A stretch of DNA of 63,952 bases, counting the filler, from Octopus bimaculoides (Eukaryota): assembly GCF_001194135.2 (NCBI RefSeq). It is 7 parts of 7 records of this genome, joined end to end, with 100 filler letters (N's around TTAATTAATTAA, not from the genome) between each part and the next. Parts side by side here need not be neighbours in the genome. Positions count along the whole stretch, not along the records: positions 45,582 to 53,665 come from NC_068997.1; positions 53,766 to 60,768 come from NC_068996.1; positions 60,869 to 62,677 come from NW_026362806.1; 4 more parts are not named here. The stretch is one strand, 5' to 3'. Position 1 is the stretch's first letter. Each line of letters starts with the position of its first letter. Position numbers and translations under genes: made by a program. Below are positions 50,770 to 61,972 of this stretch, piece by piece. The notes beneath the pieces are model-generated. The model searched no databases and had not been told where the DNA came from. It worked only from the letters and a program-made list of their open reading frames with translations.

Positions 50770-53300
50770 GGGAAACGTCTTTATCAATTTGTCCTATTCC
50801 ATCTTTTTGACCTCTCTTTCACCTTCCTATGCACATTCTGCTCTACACTACATATTCCATTTAAGTCATCTCTTCCACGAATTTCTCGCTCACACTAAAC
50901 TCCACTCCTTCGTTCCGTCACACCCAATGCCAATACCCCAACATCTCTCCGATACGCTTCCCCCTCATCCCCACCTTCAACCCTTCCGTTACTCCAACCC
51001 CCACACTTACCCCTCCTCACTCTCCTCCCAGCCTTCCACTACCCCACTACCCCTCACATATCTACCCCCTCCACCCCTTCCCCTCTGTTGTTACCATTCC
51101 TCTTGATCTTCCCCTCTCTGGGGCGGAGCACTCTCTTCTCAGTAGNNNNNNNNNNNNNNNNNNNNNNNNNNNNNNNNNNNNNNNNNNNNNNNNNNNNNNN
51201 NNNNNNNNNNNNNNNNNNNNNNNNNNNNNNNNNNNNNNNNNNNNNNNNNNNNNNNNNNNNNNNNNNNNNNNNNNNNNNNNNNNNNNNNNNNNNNNNNNNN
51301 NNNNNNNNNNNNNNNNNNNNNNNNNNNNNNNNNNNNNNNNNNNNNNNNNNNNNNNNNNNNNNNNNNNNNNNNNNNNNNNNNNNNNNNNNNNNNNNNNNNN
51401 NNNNNNNNNNNNNNNNNNNNNNNNNNNNNNNNNNNNNNNNNNNNNNNNNNNNNNNNNNNNNNNNNNNNNNNNNNNNNNNNNNNNNNNNNNNNNNNNNNNN
51501 NNNNNNNNNNNNNNNNNNNNNNNNNNAAAACCAGCCGACAAGGGTGGAGCCGTGGTGGTGTGAAGTGCAATCCTCTACAAAGCTGAAGCTTTCCGCCAAC
51601 TTCAAGACACCTCCTTCTATTGCCCTCTGCCCTCCAACCCCACGCCTAGCTACCAACAGACTGTGTCCTCCACTATCCATGACCTCATCTACTTCTCTCG
51701 TATTCCTCCCACCACCTCCAACCTCATTGTCCGCACTCCTCGCACCCCTGCCATTTACTTCCTTCTCAAAATCCACAAGCCTAACAACCCTGGTCGCCCC
51801 ATCGTACCGCCTGTAACTACATCACGGAACTGATCGTGAAATACATCGACCGTGTCCTTGCCCGCCTCGTGTCCTTTCCCTTCCCTCACACATCCACGAC
51901 ACTAACCATGCTCTTCGTCTTTTCAACACTTTCTCCTTCCTTCCTGGTCCCTCTAAACTTCTCTTCATTCGTGATATCAAGAACCTATATACGGTGACTC
52001 CACACAACGAAGGACTTCTTGTCCTCAAACACTTCCTAGACCTTCGAGCCAACCCCAAACCTGACACGTCCACACTTCTTCGTCTGGTCAAACTTGTTCT
52101 CTCCCTCAACTGCTTTTGGTTCGCGAGGGAGTTTTACCAACAAAATCTCGGGAGTAGCCATGCGAACAAGAATAGGCCCCAACTATGCGAACCTGTTCGT
52201 TGACTACGCTGAGGCCCAAATACTTTCAAAACTCAATGGTCCCACTCCCGAACTATTTGGTCGTTACATTGATGACTGTATTGGTGCGAACTCGCTCTCC
52301 CGCAAAGAACTAGAGTCCTTCCTGTCTTTTATCCAATCCTTCCATCCTGCCCTCGTATTCTCCTACACCGTTTCCAACACTTTCGTCGCCTTTCTCGACA
52401 TTTCGGCTAACATACACAACTCCGCTCTCACTATATCCATCCACTACAAACACACCGACTCACATTCATGCCTCAACTTCTCCTCCCACCCTACTCCCAC
52501 CAAGCTCTCCTTCTCCTACTCCCAATTCCTCCGTCTGCGCAGGCTCTGCAGTGACAACCATGACCTTGAAACTCAGTCTCAACTCATGACTCGCCACTTC
52601 ATCCTTCGTGGATATCCCCTCGCTACTATCCACACCACCCTTGCCAGAGCACGATCTGTGAACCGTGCCTCTGCTCTCTCTCCTTGAACCCACCCTGTCG
52701 TTGCCCGTCTCCTGTTTCCCCTCACCTACTACTCCTCTACCCTGCCCTTCCAACGCACCGTTCTCCGAGCCTTCCGGCGACTCCAGTCCGACCCATCCAC
52801 TTCGCACATCTTCCCCAACTTACGTCTTCCCTCCTTCAAATGAGCACGCAACCTATGTGACGTCCTGGTCCAAGTTTCTTCCCTAACCCCACCTTCCAGC
52901 CTGGCTCGTTCCCCTGCTCCCGCCCACGCTGCCGCACTTGCCCCTACCTCTCCAACACCACCATCCTCACAGGCACACATCATCGTTCCTATCATATCAC
53001 TGACTCCTTTAGCTGCACTTCTAGCAACGTCATTTACTGCATCTCCTGCTCTTTCTTTCCTTCTCTGTACATCAGTCAAACGGGACGCCGCTTGGCTAAC
53101 CGGTTCGCGGAGTACCTCCGGGACGTTACACTCGGCAATGAATGACCGGTTTCGCGCCATTTCCGCTCTACCGATCATTCATTACAACACCTGTCCGCGT
53201 TCGGATTGTCTTTGAACAGGAGCCACCCAGACTCCCGCCTTCGCCGTGAACAGAATTAATCTTCTCTCTTCGTTCCTTTGCAACACATGGCCTCAACTTC
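50770..53300 (+). mobile_element. Penelope-like retroelement (RT + GIY-YIG endonuclease), near full length but inactivated
   Basis: VVTIPLDLPLSGAEHSLLS; after the gap PADKGGAVVVW, LKIHKPNNPGRPIV, GVAMRTRIGPNYANLFV, RYIDD (52262-52276), FLDI, SYSQFLRLRRLCS; endonuclease CTSSNVIYCISC...LYISQTGRRLANRFAEYLRDV (53014-53130). Several frameshifts and stops; very C-rich sense strand. Confidence 0.92.
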
Positions 53301-53309
53301 CCTCTCCTC

Positions 53310-53415
53310 TTCATCTGACTCTCCTCTTCATCTGACTCTCCTCTTNNNNNNNNNNTCTCCTCTTCATCTGACTCTCCTCTTCATCTGACTCTCCTCTTCC
53401 CCTCTCTTCATCTGA
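53310..53415. repeat. 17-bp tandem repeat (CTCCTCTTCATCTGACT) just after the Penelope ORF
   Basis: Read directly; interrupted by a 10-N gap, so copy number is uncertain. Confidence 0.7.
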
Positions 53416-53812
53416 CACCTACTTCCTCTCTTCACTCCAACCCACCACTCCTCTCCTCTCTTGCCCTGGCACCTACTTGCTCTCTTTACTCCTACCCACC
53501 TTCTCCCGTCATTGATATCCCTCTATCCACCCCTATACATCCCACTTCCACGTACCCCTACCCCCACATCCTCACCCCACCCATATCCTCACCCACATCC
53601 TCACCCACACATCCTCACCTCACACCCCACCTCACCCTCACATCCCAACATCCCAACACCGCTACNNNNNNNNNNNNNNNNNNNNNNNNNNNNNNNNNNN
53701 NNNNNNNNNTTAATTAATTAANNNNNNNNNNNNNNNNNNNNNNNNNNNNNNNNNNNNNNNNNNNNTTTATAGGTAGAGATACCAAGTTAAAGCGATGCAT
53801 TTTGAGTAGATA

Positions 53813-54127
53813 TGAATAATAACAATAAATGGAGCAAAACGCATATAAACAAAAGTTCCTTTAATTCCTACATATGTTTCAAGATTTATGTGCAATCTAC
53901 TCCAAAGAAATAAGAGCTGCTGGAATTGCACATATATTCATCGTCAGGGAACCAACATATAGAAGCAAGACAAATGCGAAATGATATATTCTCTGATGAT
54001 GAATATATGTGCAATTCCAGCAGCTCTTACTTCTTTGGAGTAGATTGCACATAAATTTTGAAACATATGTAGGAATTAAAGGAACTTTTATTTATATGCA
54101 TTTTGCTCCATTTATTGTTATTATTCA
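53813..54127. mobile_element. Foldback element, 139-bp arms, 37-nt loop
   Basis: Arms 53813-53951 and 53989-54127 align without indels; 6 mismatches, all transitions. Confidence 0.9.
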
Positions 54128-54188
54128 CACATATATATATATATATATATATGTCATTTTATTATTATTATTAATATATATATATATA

Positions 54189-54240
54189 TGTCATTTTATT
54201 ATTATTATTAATATATATTAATAATAATAATAAAATGACA
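54189..54240. repeat. Perfect AT-rich palindrome TGTCATTTT(ATT)nAATATATATT(AAT)nAAAATGACA
   Basis: Read directly; its left half is also tandemly duplicated at ~54150-54188. Confidence 0.75.
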
Positions 54241-54291
54241 ACAAAAGAATGAGACCTCGATATTAGGTAAATAGAGGAATTTATATATGTT

Positions 54292-54505
54292 TAGTATAGG
54301 ACAATCTGTGAGTTGTCATCATGAAATCCAGAGTTTCAAATGCCGGAGCTAAGAGCTACATAGCATTTTCGTCAGCTATTTTGACAATAGACTCTATGAA
54401 AAAACCCTATTGTCAAAATAGCCGACGAAGATGCATCGTAGCTCTTAGCTCCGGCATTTGAAACTCTGAGTCCAATTATGACAGCTCACTGATTGTCCTA
54501 TACTA
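54292..54505. mobile_element. Palindromic MITE, 99-bp arms, 16-nt loop, TA at both ends
   Basis: TA-GTATAGGACAATC...GACAATAG / CTATTGTC...GATTGTCCTATAC-TA, including a perfect 31-bp stretch; the TA flanks fit a Tc1/mariner-type TSD. Confidence 0.85.
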
Positions 54506-54506
54506 T

Positions 54507-54537
<31 letters not shown>

Positions 54538-54711
54538 AAGAGAGAGAGAGTGTGTGTGTGAAAGAGAGGAGTTACCAAAACAGTTATATTCGCTTCTTGA
54601 TTTTGTTTCCTAATAATTTTCAGAAAAATGTGTGCTTCTTTAATGCAGTTTGCTTGAAACACCTTTTAAATAGCATAAATTACAATTGCAAAATTTAAAG
54701 CTAATTGGCAC

Positions 54712-54847
54712 AGGAGAGACTGTGTGGTAAGTAGCTTGCTTACCAACTACATGATTCTGGGTTCAGTCCCACTGTGTGACACCTTGGGCCGACCAACGTC
54801 TTGTGAGTGGATTTGGTAGATGGAAATTGAAAGAAGCCCGTTGTATA
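54712..54847 (+). mobile_element. SINE family B, 5' half
   Basis: tgtgtggtaagtagcttgcttaccaac...gggttcagtcccactg...gagtggatttggtagatggaaattgaaagaagcccg. Confidence 0.8.
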
Positions 54848-54923
54848 CGCACGCACGCGCACACACACATGTGAGTAGATAAACGAAAGAAAGAGGCACT
54901 CAATACATTTAGTAGGAGTTATA

Positions 54924-55005
54924 TGTATTATTTAAAATAGTTTAATTTGGCCCCATGTGACGGAAATTTGTCGCATGGGGCTGAATTAAACTACTTTAAA
55001 ATACA
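54924..55005. repeat. Short hairpin, ~35-bp arms, 8-nt loop
   Basis: tttaaaatagtttaatttggccccatgtgac-ggaaattt-gtcgcatggggctgaattaaactactttaaa. Confidence 0.75.
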
Positions 55006-55385
55006 CAAATACAGAGAGAGCGAGAGAGAGAGAGAGAGAGAGAGAGAGGGGAGATAGGGAGAGTGAGAAAGAAAGGGAGAGAGAGAACGTGTGAGGGGCA
55101 TTCCTATACAATTGTACTCCCTTCTGATTTTGTTTCCTCATAACTTCAAGAAAAATGAATAGTTACAATTATATTGGAATTCAATTAAAACAAAAATTAT
55201 GTTCGCCGCGCACAGACGTAATATACCGATTGATAAATATCACGATTCTTTCAAAAATTTAAGTTTCATTTTATCGATATATATGATGTGTTTTAGTATG
55301 TGTGCGTGTCCAGAGCTACCTTGCCTGTTTTTAAAGGGTCCTGGGAAAGTCAATGAACAAGGCCCAATAATACCTATCTATTGAC

Positions 55386-55616
55386 GGTACTACTAAACCA
55401 GCGCGGACCCGAACGCGCAGTCGCGCGTCCGCGCTAGCTAGTCGTGAGTGGTCGATCCTAACCCTAACCCTAACCCTAAACACGTATTCATTTGCACACG
55501 CGGGTTAGGGATAGAGTTAAGGTTAGGGTTAGGGATAGGGTTAGGATCGACCACTCAAGACTAGCCAGCGCGGACGCGCGACTGCGCGTTCGGGTCCGCG
55601 CTGCTTTAGTAGTACC
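55386..55616. mobile_element. Foldback MITE with telomeric repeats in its arms and a 9-bp TSD (Mutator/foldback-like)
   Basis: TSD TCTATTGAC at 55377-55385 and 55617-55625; ends GGTACTACTAAA...TTTAGTAGTACC; ~94-bp arms with 4 mismatches; (CCCTAA)3 on the left and TTAGGG-type repeats on the right. Confidence 0.92.
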
Positions 55617-55981
55617 TCTATTGACAGCAAACAACAGAATACATATATCCGAATTGGGCCTCTAGATCCGTGGGGCAACAGCGCAGTGTATCCTTGTCTT
55701 AAGACGGAGTATGTGTGTGTCTATCAATATCTTTCCCTTTCAAGTTCTGATATAATCGTAATTTGCACAATTTGAAAGGTATTTGTAGAAAATTTCATTA
55801 AAAAATATCAATTCTTCTGAAAGTTACGATGAAACAAATCGGTGGGGCACGATTGTGTAGGTTTGGCATAATGCGAATCCGCTCGCCTATTTCACTCTTT
55901 CATTCCTCATTTAAAAGGTGTGCTTTTGTTACAGTGTGTGCGCGTGTGTGTGTGTATGTGTGTGCGTGCGTGTGTGTTTGC

Positions 55982-56020
<39 letters not shown>

Positions 56021-56079
56021 NNNNNNNNNNNNNNNNNNNNNNNNNTTGTGTGTGTGTGTGAAAGCGTTTTAATTTGAGT

Positions 56080-56280
56080 GGGCGTGAAATAAGATGTTTG
56101 CTTCCCAACCACATGGTTACGAGTTCAGTCTGCTTGGCAAGCGTCTTCTGCTATAACCCTGGGCCAGCCAAAGCTTGTGAGTGCATTTGCTAGACAATCT
56201 TTCTGTTTGTGTTTTGCTCACACCACCGCCTGGAGGGTTTCGTCCCCCCAAAAATCGACCCTTGTACTTGAAACCTGGTA
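56080..56280 (+). mobile_element. SINE family B variant, deleted
   Basis: gtttgcttcccaaccacatggtt...gagttcagtc...ttggcaagcgtcttctgctata...ccaaagcttgtgagtg. Confidence 0.6.
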
Positions 56281-56282
56281 AG

Positions 56283-56335
<53 letters not shown>

Positions 56336-56778
56336 GGGAAGAGAGTGAGAGACAGAGAAATAGAGATATAAAATATTTGTGTACATAAATACAAACATAC
56401 ATACATGCACACGGCCATACATCCATACATGTCTACATGCATGCATGCATGCATACTTACATACGCACACGCACATACATATGTGCGTGCGTGCGTGTGT
56501 GTGCATGTGCGAGTGTGTGTGCGAGTGTGTGTGTCCGTGTGTGTGTGCGTGTGCTTGTGTGTGCGTCCGTGTGGGTGCGTGTGTGTGTGTATTAACGACT
56601 ATTTAAGTGGTTGCAAGAAGCAACGAAAATAAGTAAATGAGTGGAAATCGAACCGGTGGGTGTGTTAATTGATAAGTCATTAAAACAGAATGACTCTCCC
56701 CAGATACAATAATATATATATATATATATCCGTGTAAATCTATCCAAATCTATTAATATCCATGCGTCTGTAAGTGTG

Positions 56779-56813
<35 letters not shown>

Positions 56814-57810
56814 CATACACACACATGTATGTATGCGTGTGTGTGTGTGTGTTTATGCGTATTTTTTTATTATAAGCACAAGGTCTGAATTGGGAGTGAG
56901 AGTGGGTGTGGAAGGTTGCTGATTGAATCGAACCCAGTGCACTATAGGATATACTAATTTAATTAGTCATGCAATTAGCAGCCGATGATTGAGAATCGAT
57001 AATTTAATATAAAACTATTGGGAGAAGAAATTACGACCATGGTACAGTAACATAACTAGTCGTTGTGAGCAACACATCAGAGTGCCTCATGAATTCTTCT
57101 TTCCGTGATTTAGGTTTTAACTGGCTTTTTTAGCATGTAAGGAGTCCTGTCAAAGACTCTATACACTTATATATATATATATNNNNNNNNNNNNNNNNNN
57201 NNNNNNNNNNNNNNNNNNNNNNNNNNNNNNNNNNNNNNNNNNNNNNNNNNNNNNNNNNNNNNNNNNNNNNNNNNNNNNNNNNNNNNNNNNNNNNNNNNNN
57301 NNNNNNNNNNNNNNNNNNNNNNNNNNNNNNNNNNNNNNNNNNNNNNNNNNNNNNNNNNNNNNNNNNNNNNNNNNNNNNNNNNNNNNNNNNNNNNNNNNNN
57401 NNNNNNNNNNNNNNNNNNNNNNNNNNNNNNNNNNNNNNNNNNNNNNNNNNNNNNNNNNNNNNNNNNNNNNNNNNNNNNNNNNNNNNNNNNNNNNNNNNNN
57501 NNNNNNNNNNNNNNNNNNNNNNNNNNNNNNNNNNNNNNNNNNNNNNNNNNNNNNNNNNNNNNNNNNNNNNNNNNNNNNNNNNNNNNNNNNNNNNNNNNNN
57601 NNNNNNNNNNNNNNNNNNNNNNNNNNNNNNNNNNNNNNNNNNNNNNNNNNNNNNNNNNNNNNNNNNNNNNNNNNNNNNNNNNNNNNNNNNNNNNNNNNNN
57701 NNNNNNNNNNGGTGGAAAAAAAAGTACTCAAATACCAGAGGTAGAGTAATATGCTTTATTTAACTCAGAGTAACGGTTTTTTTGTTATATTTTTGCTGCT
57801 TTTAAATAAA

Positions 57811-57891
<81 letters not shown>

Positions 57892-57904
57892 GAGAGAGAG
57901 CGGG

Positions 57905-57949
<45 letters not shown>

Positions 57950-57959
57950 ATGAGTGAGG

Positions 57960-58245
57960 ACAGAGAAAAGCCTTCGTCGGCCCATGGCTATATTTGAAAA
58001 CTAGGTGCCGCGCAATGGAAGTGAACACAAAACCATGCATTTAGAAGGAAACATCTTACTACACTATAAAGCCTGCACATGTATGTGTGTGTGTGTTTAT
58101 CCTCTACAACTGCTTGAGAACCTCTGTTGGTTTGTTTACGTCCTCGTTATCAAGCGGTTCGTCAAAAACCTATCGACAGAATAAATGCGAGGCTGACTAA
58201 ACCCAGCAAGGTTCCAGTTTAATGACTGGAACACGTAAAACGTAA
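57960..58245. mobile_element. Diverged SINE family B pieces (head on minus, tail on plus)
   Basis: gtcggcccatggctata...aggtgccgcgca..gg..tgaac (minus head); ctgcttgagaacc..tgttggtttgtttacgtcc...gcggttcg (plus tail). Confidence 0.5.
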
Positions 58246-58590
58246 GATTACAAAAATACACATGCATGCGTATGTATGTATGTATGTATGTATGTTTGTA
58301 TGTATTGGTTAGTGCCAGCGCACGAAACTCTCGAAACTTGAGTCACTCTGTAAGTTCTGTCGATAAATAATAAGAATAGGTATTTATGCATGCATATATA
58401 NNNNNNNNNNNNNNNNNNNNNNNNNNNNNNNNNNNNNNNNNNNNNNNNNNNNNNNNNNNNNNNNNNNNNNNNNNNNNNNNNNNNNNNNNNNNNNNNNNNN
58501 NNNNNNNNNNNNNNNNNNNNNNNNNNNNNNNNNNNNNNNNNNNNNNNNNNNNNNNNNNNNNNNNNNNNNNNNNNNNNNNNNNNNNNNNNN

Positions 58591-58628
<38 letters not shown>

Positions 58629-58637
58629 TATATATGC

Positions 58638-58682
<45 letters not shown>

Positions 58683-58847
58683 TACATATGATATAAATAA
58701 TATATAGAAACGTGTGTATAAAATAATAATATAAATGATATATATATATATAATTATACATATGATATAAATAGTATATATAATATTATAAATATACATA
58801 TGATATAAATAATATATAGAAACGTGTGTATAAAATAATAATATAAA

Positions 58848-58883
<36 letters not shown>

Positions 58884-59049
58884 GTGTGTGTGTATTATAT
58901 ATATATTTATTTATTTACTTATTTATATATGTGCTTGTATGCATATAAATATAAATATAATACGTTATATATAGATATTCATGTAGGAAAGAAGCAAAAA
59001 TAGTATTCCAATAAAATCTAGGGTATTCGCTGGTTCCAGGGTTCGAATC

Positions 59050-59731
59050 GCGTCAAAGCGCACATAGTTCTGACGTCATTAAAAAGCATTTATAGCAGTA
59101 AAACCTAACTTTCTAACGGTTGCTACAATATTAAACTGTTCGTACGTCATCAGATAGGCTTGCTGACGTTTCCCTCTGTGTTATATAACCTAGAAATAAA
59201 TATATACACAATAACTAAAGAAATAAATTAAGAAAATATGTGTTCATGACAAGCGTCAGCATCTCTGACGTCAATAATTAATAAAGCGGCATACGGTATA
59301 ACCCATAACCAGTGGAATCGCGCTAAAATTCCGGAGTGTGCCGAAGGTTGGTGTTTAGCTAATGAAATGCGTTGAGTTTTGAGGAAATCCGTGAATATTT
59401 CTTACTTATATAGGCTATCATATTGAACGTACGCGATGCTGGTTGTGTTTGACGTCAGTAACGAAATCTCACGTTGATGTTAGCAGCCGAGCTAGAATCA
59501 TTCCGGAAAGAGTCGAATGTTTTAATTGGTTTTTAGTATCTCGGATTTATCTGCTGCATAATACTGGCTATGATGTTGAACGTTGTGAAGGCCTGCGTAG
59601 ATAGCAATTAAGTGCCGTGCGCAGAGGAACAGATACCTGCCAGGAGTAATGCTGGTTGCGGGATACCCTTGTAATTACTAAAAACTGTCCTACAAACATC
59701 ACAATAGCTCCTGCTATAATCAACGGTAAGC
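59050..59731 (+). promoter_or_regulatory. CRE-rich CpG-enriched putative promoter/enhancer with candidate non-coding first exon
   Basis: TGACGTCA at 59071, 59266 and 59450; half-sites at 59051, 59145, 59164 and 59254; TCAGT Inr-like motif overlapping the third CRE (59455-59459); donor CG|GTAAGC at 59726. Confidence 0.5.
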
Positions 59732-59814
59732 TTCAAATTTTTTTCTACTTATTTTCAAACATTTAAAAATTATTATTATTTTTAAAAATTATTTCCTCAT
59801 ATAAGTTAGCACAA

Positions 59815-60575
59815 TGTTTAGCACGCCGGACCAAACGCTTGGCGGCATTTCGTCCGTCCTTACGTCCAGAGTTCAAATTTCGCCGAGGTTGACCGACTGA
59901 AAGCGGCGGGCTGGGAAAATGATTATAGCACGCTGCACAAACTGCTTCGCAGCATTTCGTCCGTCTTTACATCCAGAGTCCAAATTCCGCCGAGATTGAC
60001 TGCCTTAGAATTCTTTCGGGGGTTGAAAGTACCAGTTGAGCACAGGGATCGATGTAATCAATTTTGCCCCTTTCTCTAAATTTCAGGTCTTGCCCCAAAA
60101 TTGGTGTAATGCGGTGAGTTGGCAGAATTATAAGCTTAGCGGCGTTTCGTCCGTATTTTCGTTCCGAGTTCAGATTCAGCTGAGGTTGACTTGGCCTTTA
60201 ATCTTTTCATGGGTCGATGAAATGGAGTACCAGTTGAGCACTAGGGTTGATGTAATCGACTTATGCCTTCTTCCTAAAATTTCTTGCACTGCACAAAAAT
60301 TTGAAACCAAATTCCGCCGAGGTTGACTGTCCCTTCCATACTTTCGGGTTGATAAAATAAGGGTAAAGTACCAGTAGAGTTCTGGGTCGATGTAACCGAC
60401 GTACCCCTTGCCCCTAAAATTGCTGGCCTTGTACCAAAATTTAAAATGAAATTCCGTTGAGGTCGATTTTACCTTCGATGAAATAAGTACCAGTTGATTA
60501 CTAGGGTCGATGTAATCGACAAGCCCCCCTGCCCCAAAGTTTCAAGTATTGTACCTCTAGTAGAAAGAATTCTAC
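59815..60575 (+). mobile_element. Head-to-tail array of about five SINE family A units or partial units
   Basis: Repeated cggcatttcgtccgt...aaatt.cgccgagg.tgac and gtaccagt.ga..act.gggtcgatgtaa.cgac blocks; the units are mutually diverged. Confidence 0.8.
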
Positions 60576-60970
60576 CCTCATGTTTATTTAACATCGATAA
60601 CAATCAGCTTTAGGTGTTGACAATATCGGGGGTACCTGCTTGTTTAATTACAATTAATTTAGCTGGATGCTCGGCGGCGACCGTTGTGTGGTGTCGACGA
60701 AGGCCGCACGTGTGCACAGCTTCGATTGGTTTAACACAAGAAGGCTTGCCTCTGTCGTGCCAATCAGTNNNNNNNNNNNNNNNNNNNNNNNNNNNNNNNN
60801 NNNNNNNNNNNNTTAATTAATTAANNNNNNNNNNNNNNNNNNNNNNNNNNNNNNNNNNNNNNNNNNNNGATAGATAGATAGATAGATAGATAGATAGACA
60901 GACACAGATAGATACATAGACACAGACAGATAGATAGATAGATAGATAGATAGATAGCTCCGGCCAAAGA

Positions 60971-61211
60971 ATTTCGAAAGAGACACACAAAATGTCGATC
61001 TTGTTTTCCTAAGTCAAAACCTTTAATTCACCGAAACTAATCCCTTCAACATGAAATATATATATATACACGCATAGCTATATAACTACGTAAATATATA
61101 CACATCTATATACATACATGTCTAATAAACATACTTCAATCAAATATTTCGAAAGTGACACACAAAATGTCGATTGTTTATAGTCAAAAAACGTAATTCA
61201 TTCAACATGAA

Positions 61212-61244
<33 letters not shown>

Positions 61245-61320
61245 CATAGCTATATAACTACGTAAATATATACACAACTATATACATACATGTCTAATAA
61301 ACATATTTCAATCAAATATT
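60971..61320. repeat. ~175-bp tandem duplication (2 copies)
   Basis: tttcgaaag.gacacacaaaatgtcgat...ttcaacatgaaatatata...cacgcatagctatataactacgtaaatatatacaca...gtctaataaacata.ttcaatcaaatatt occurs twice. Confidence 0.85.
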
Positions 61321-61642
61321 AAAGCCGTTTTGTTTACCTTTAAGAAGAAGAGGGTTCGGACACGGCCTTGCAGTCGTGTTTCGCGCCATTATTTGAGTGA
61401 CTTCGGGTCTTTACGAGAGGGGGAGGGGCGAAACATTAGATAGATAGAGAGAGAGGGAGAGAGAGAGAGTTAGATAGATAGACAGACACAGCGAGAGTGA
61501 GATAGATAGAGAGATACATTATTTGAGTGACTTCGGGTCTTTACGTAAAACATTATATTTTGGCGGGATTTTACTAAGATGTAAGGCGTTCACACACGCA
61601 CATATACATACAGAGAGAGAGGGACAGAGAGAGAAGCACGCA

Positions 61643-61696
<54 letters not shown>

Positions 61697-61972
61697 GATA
61701 GAGAGACAGATAAACAGAGACCGAGAGAGAGGTAGAAACACAGAAAGACAGATAAACAGAGGGAGAGAGAGGGAGAAATAAACAGACAAATACAAAGAGA
61801 AAGAGAGAGAGAAATAGATAGACAGACAGAAAGAGAGAGAAGTGCCAAAACACAGACACAGAGAAGTGGCAGCAGACACAGACCGACTACGTGAACGAAC
61901 ACACAGACACAGACAAGGATCATTGCTATTTGATCTTCATCTAGCACAAAAGCCGTCCCTCTCTCTCTCTCT

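Noticed and set aside
50754-50778. Hairpin at the Penelope 5' edge as a hammerhead
   Set aside because: GAAACGT is present but there is no CUGANGA box on either strand nearby.
55457-55548. Telomere or chromosome-fusion scar
   Set aside because: The repeats are short and enclosed by TIRs and a TSD, so they arrived inside a transposon.
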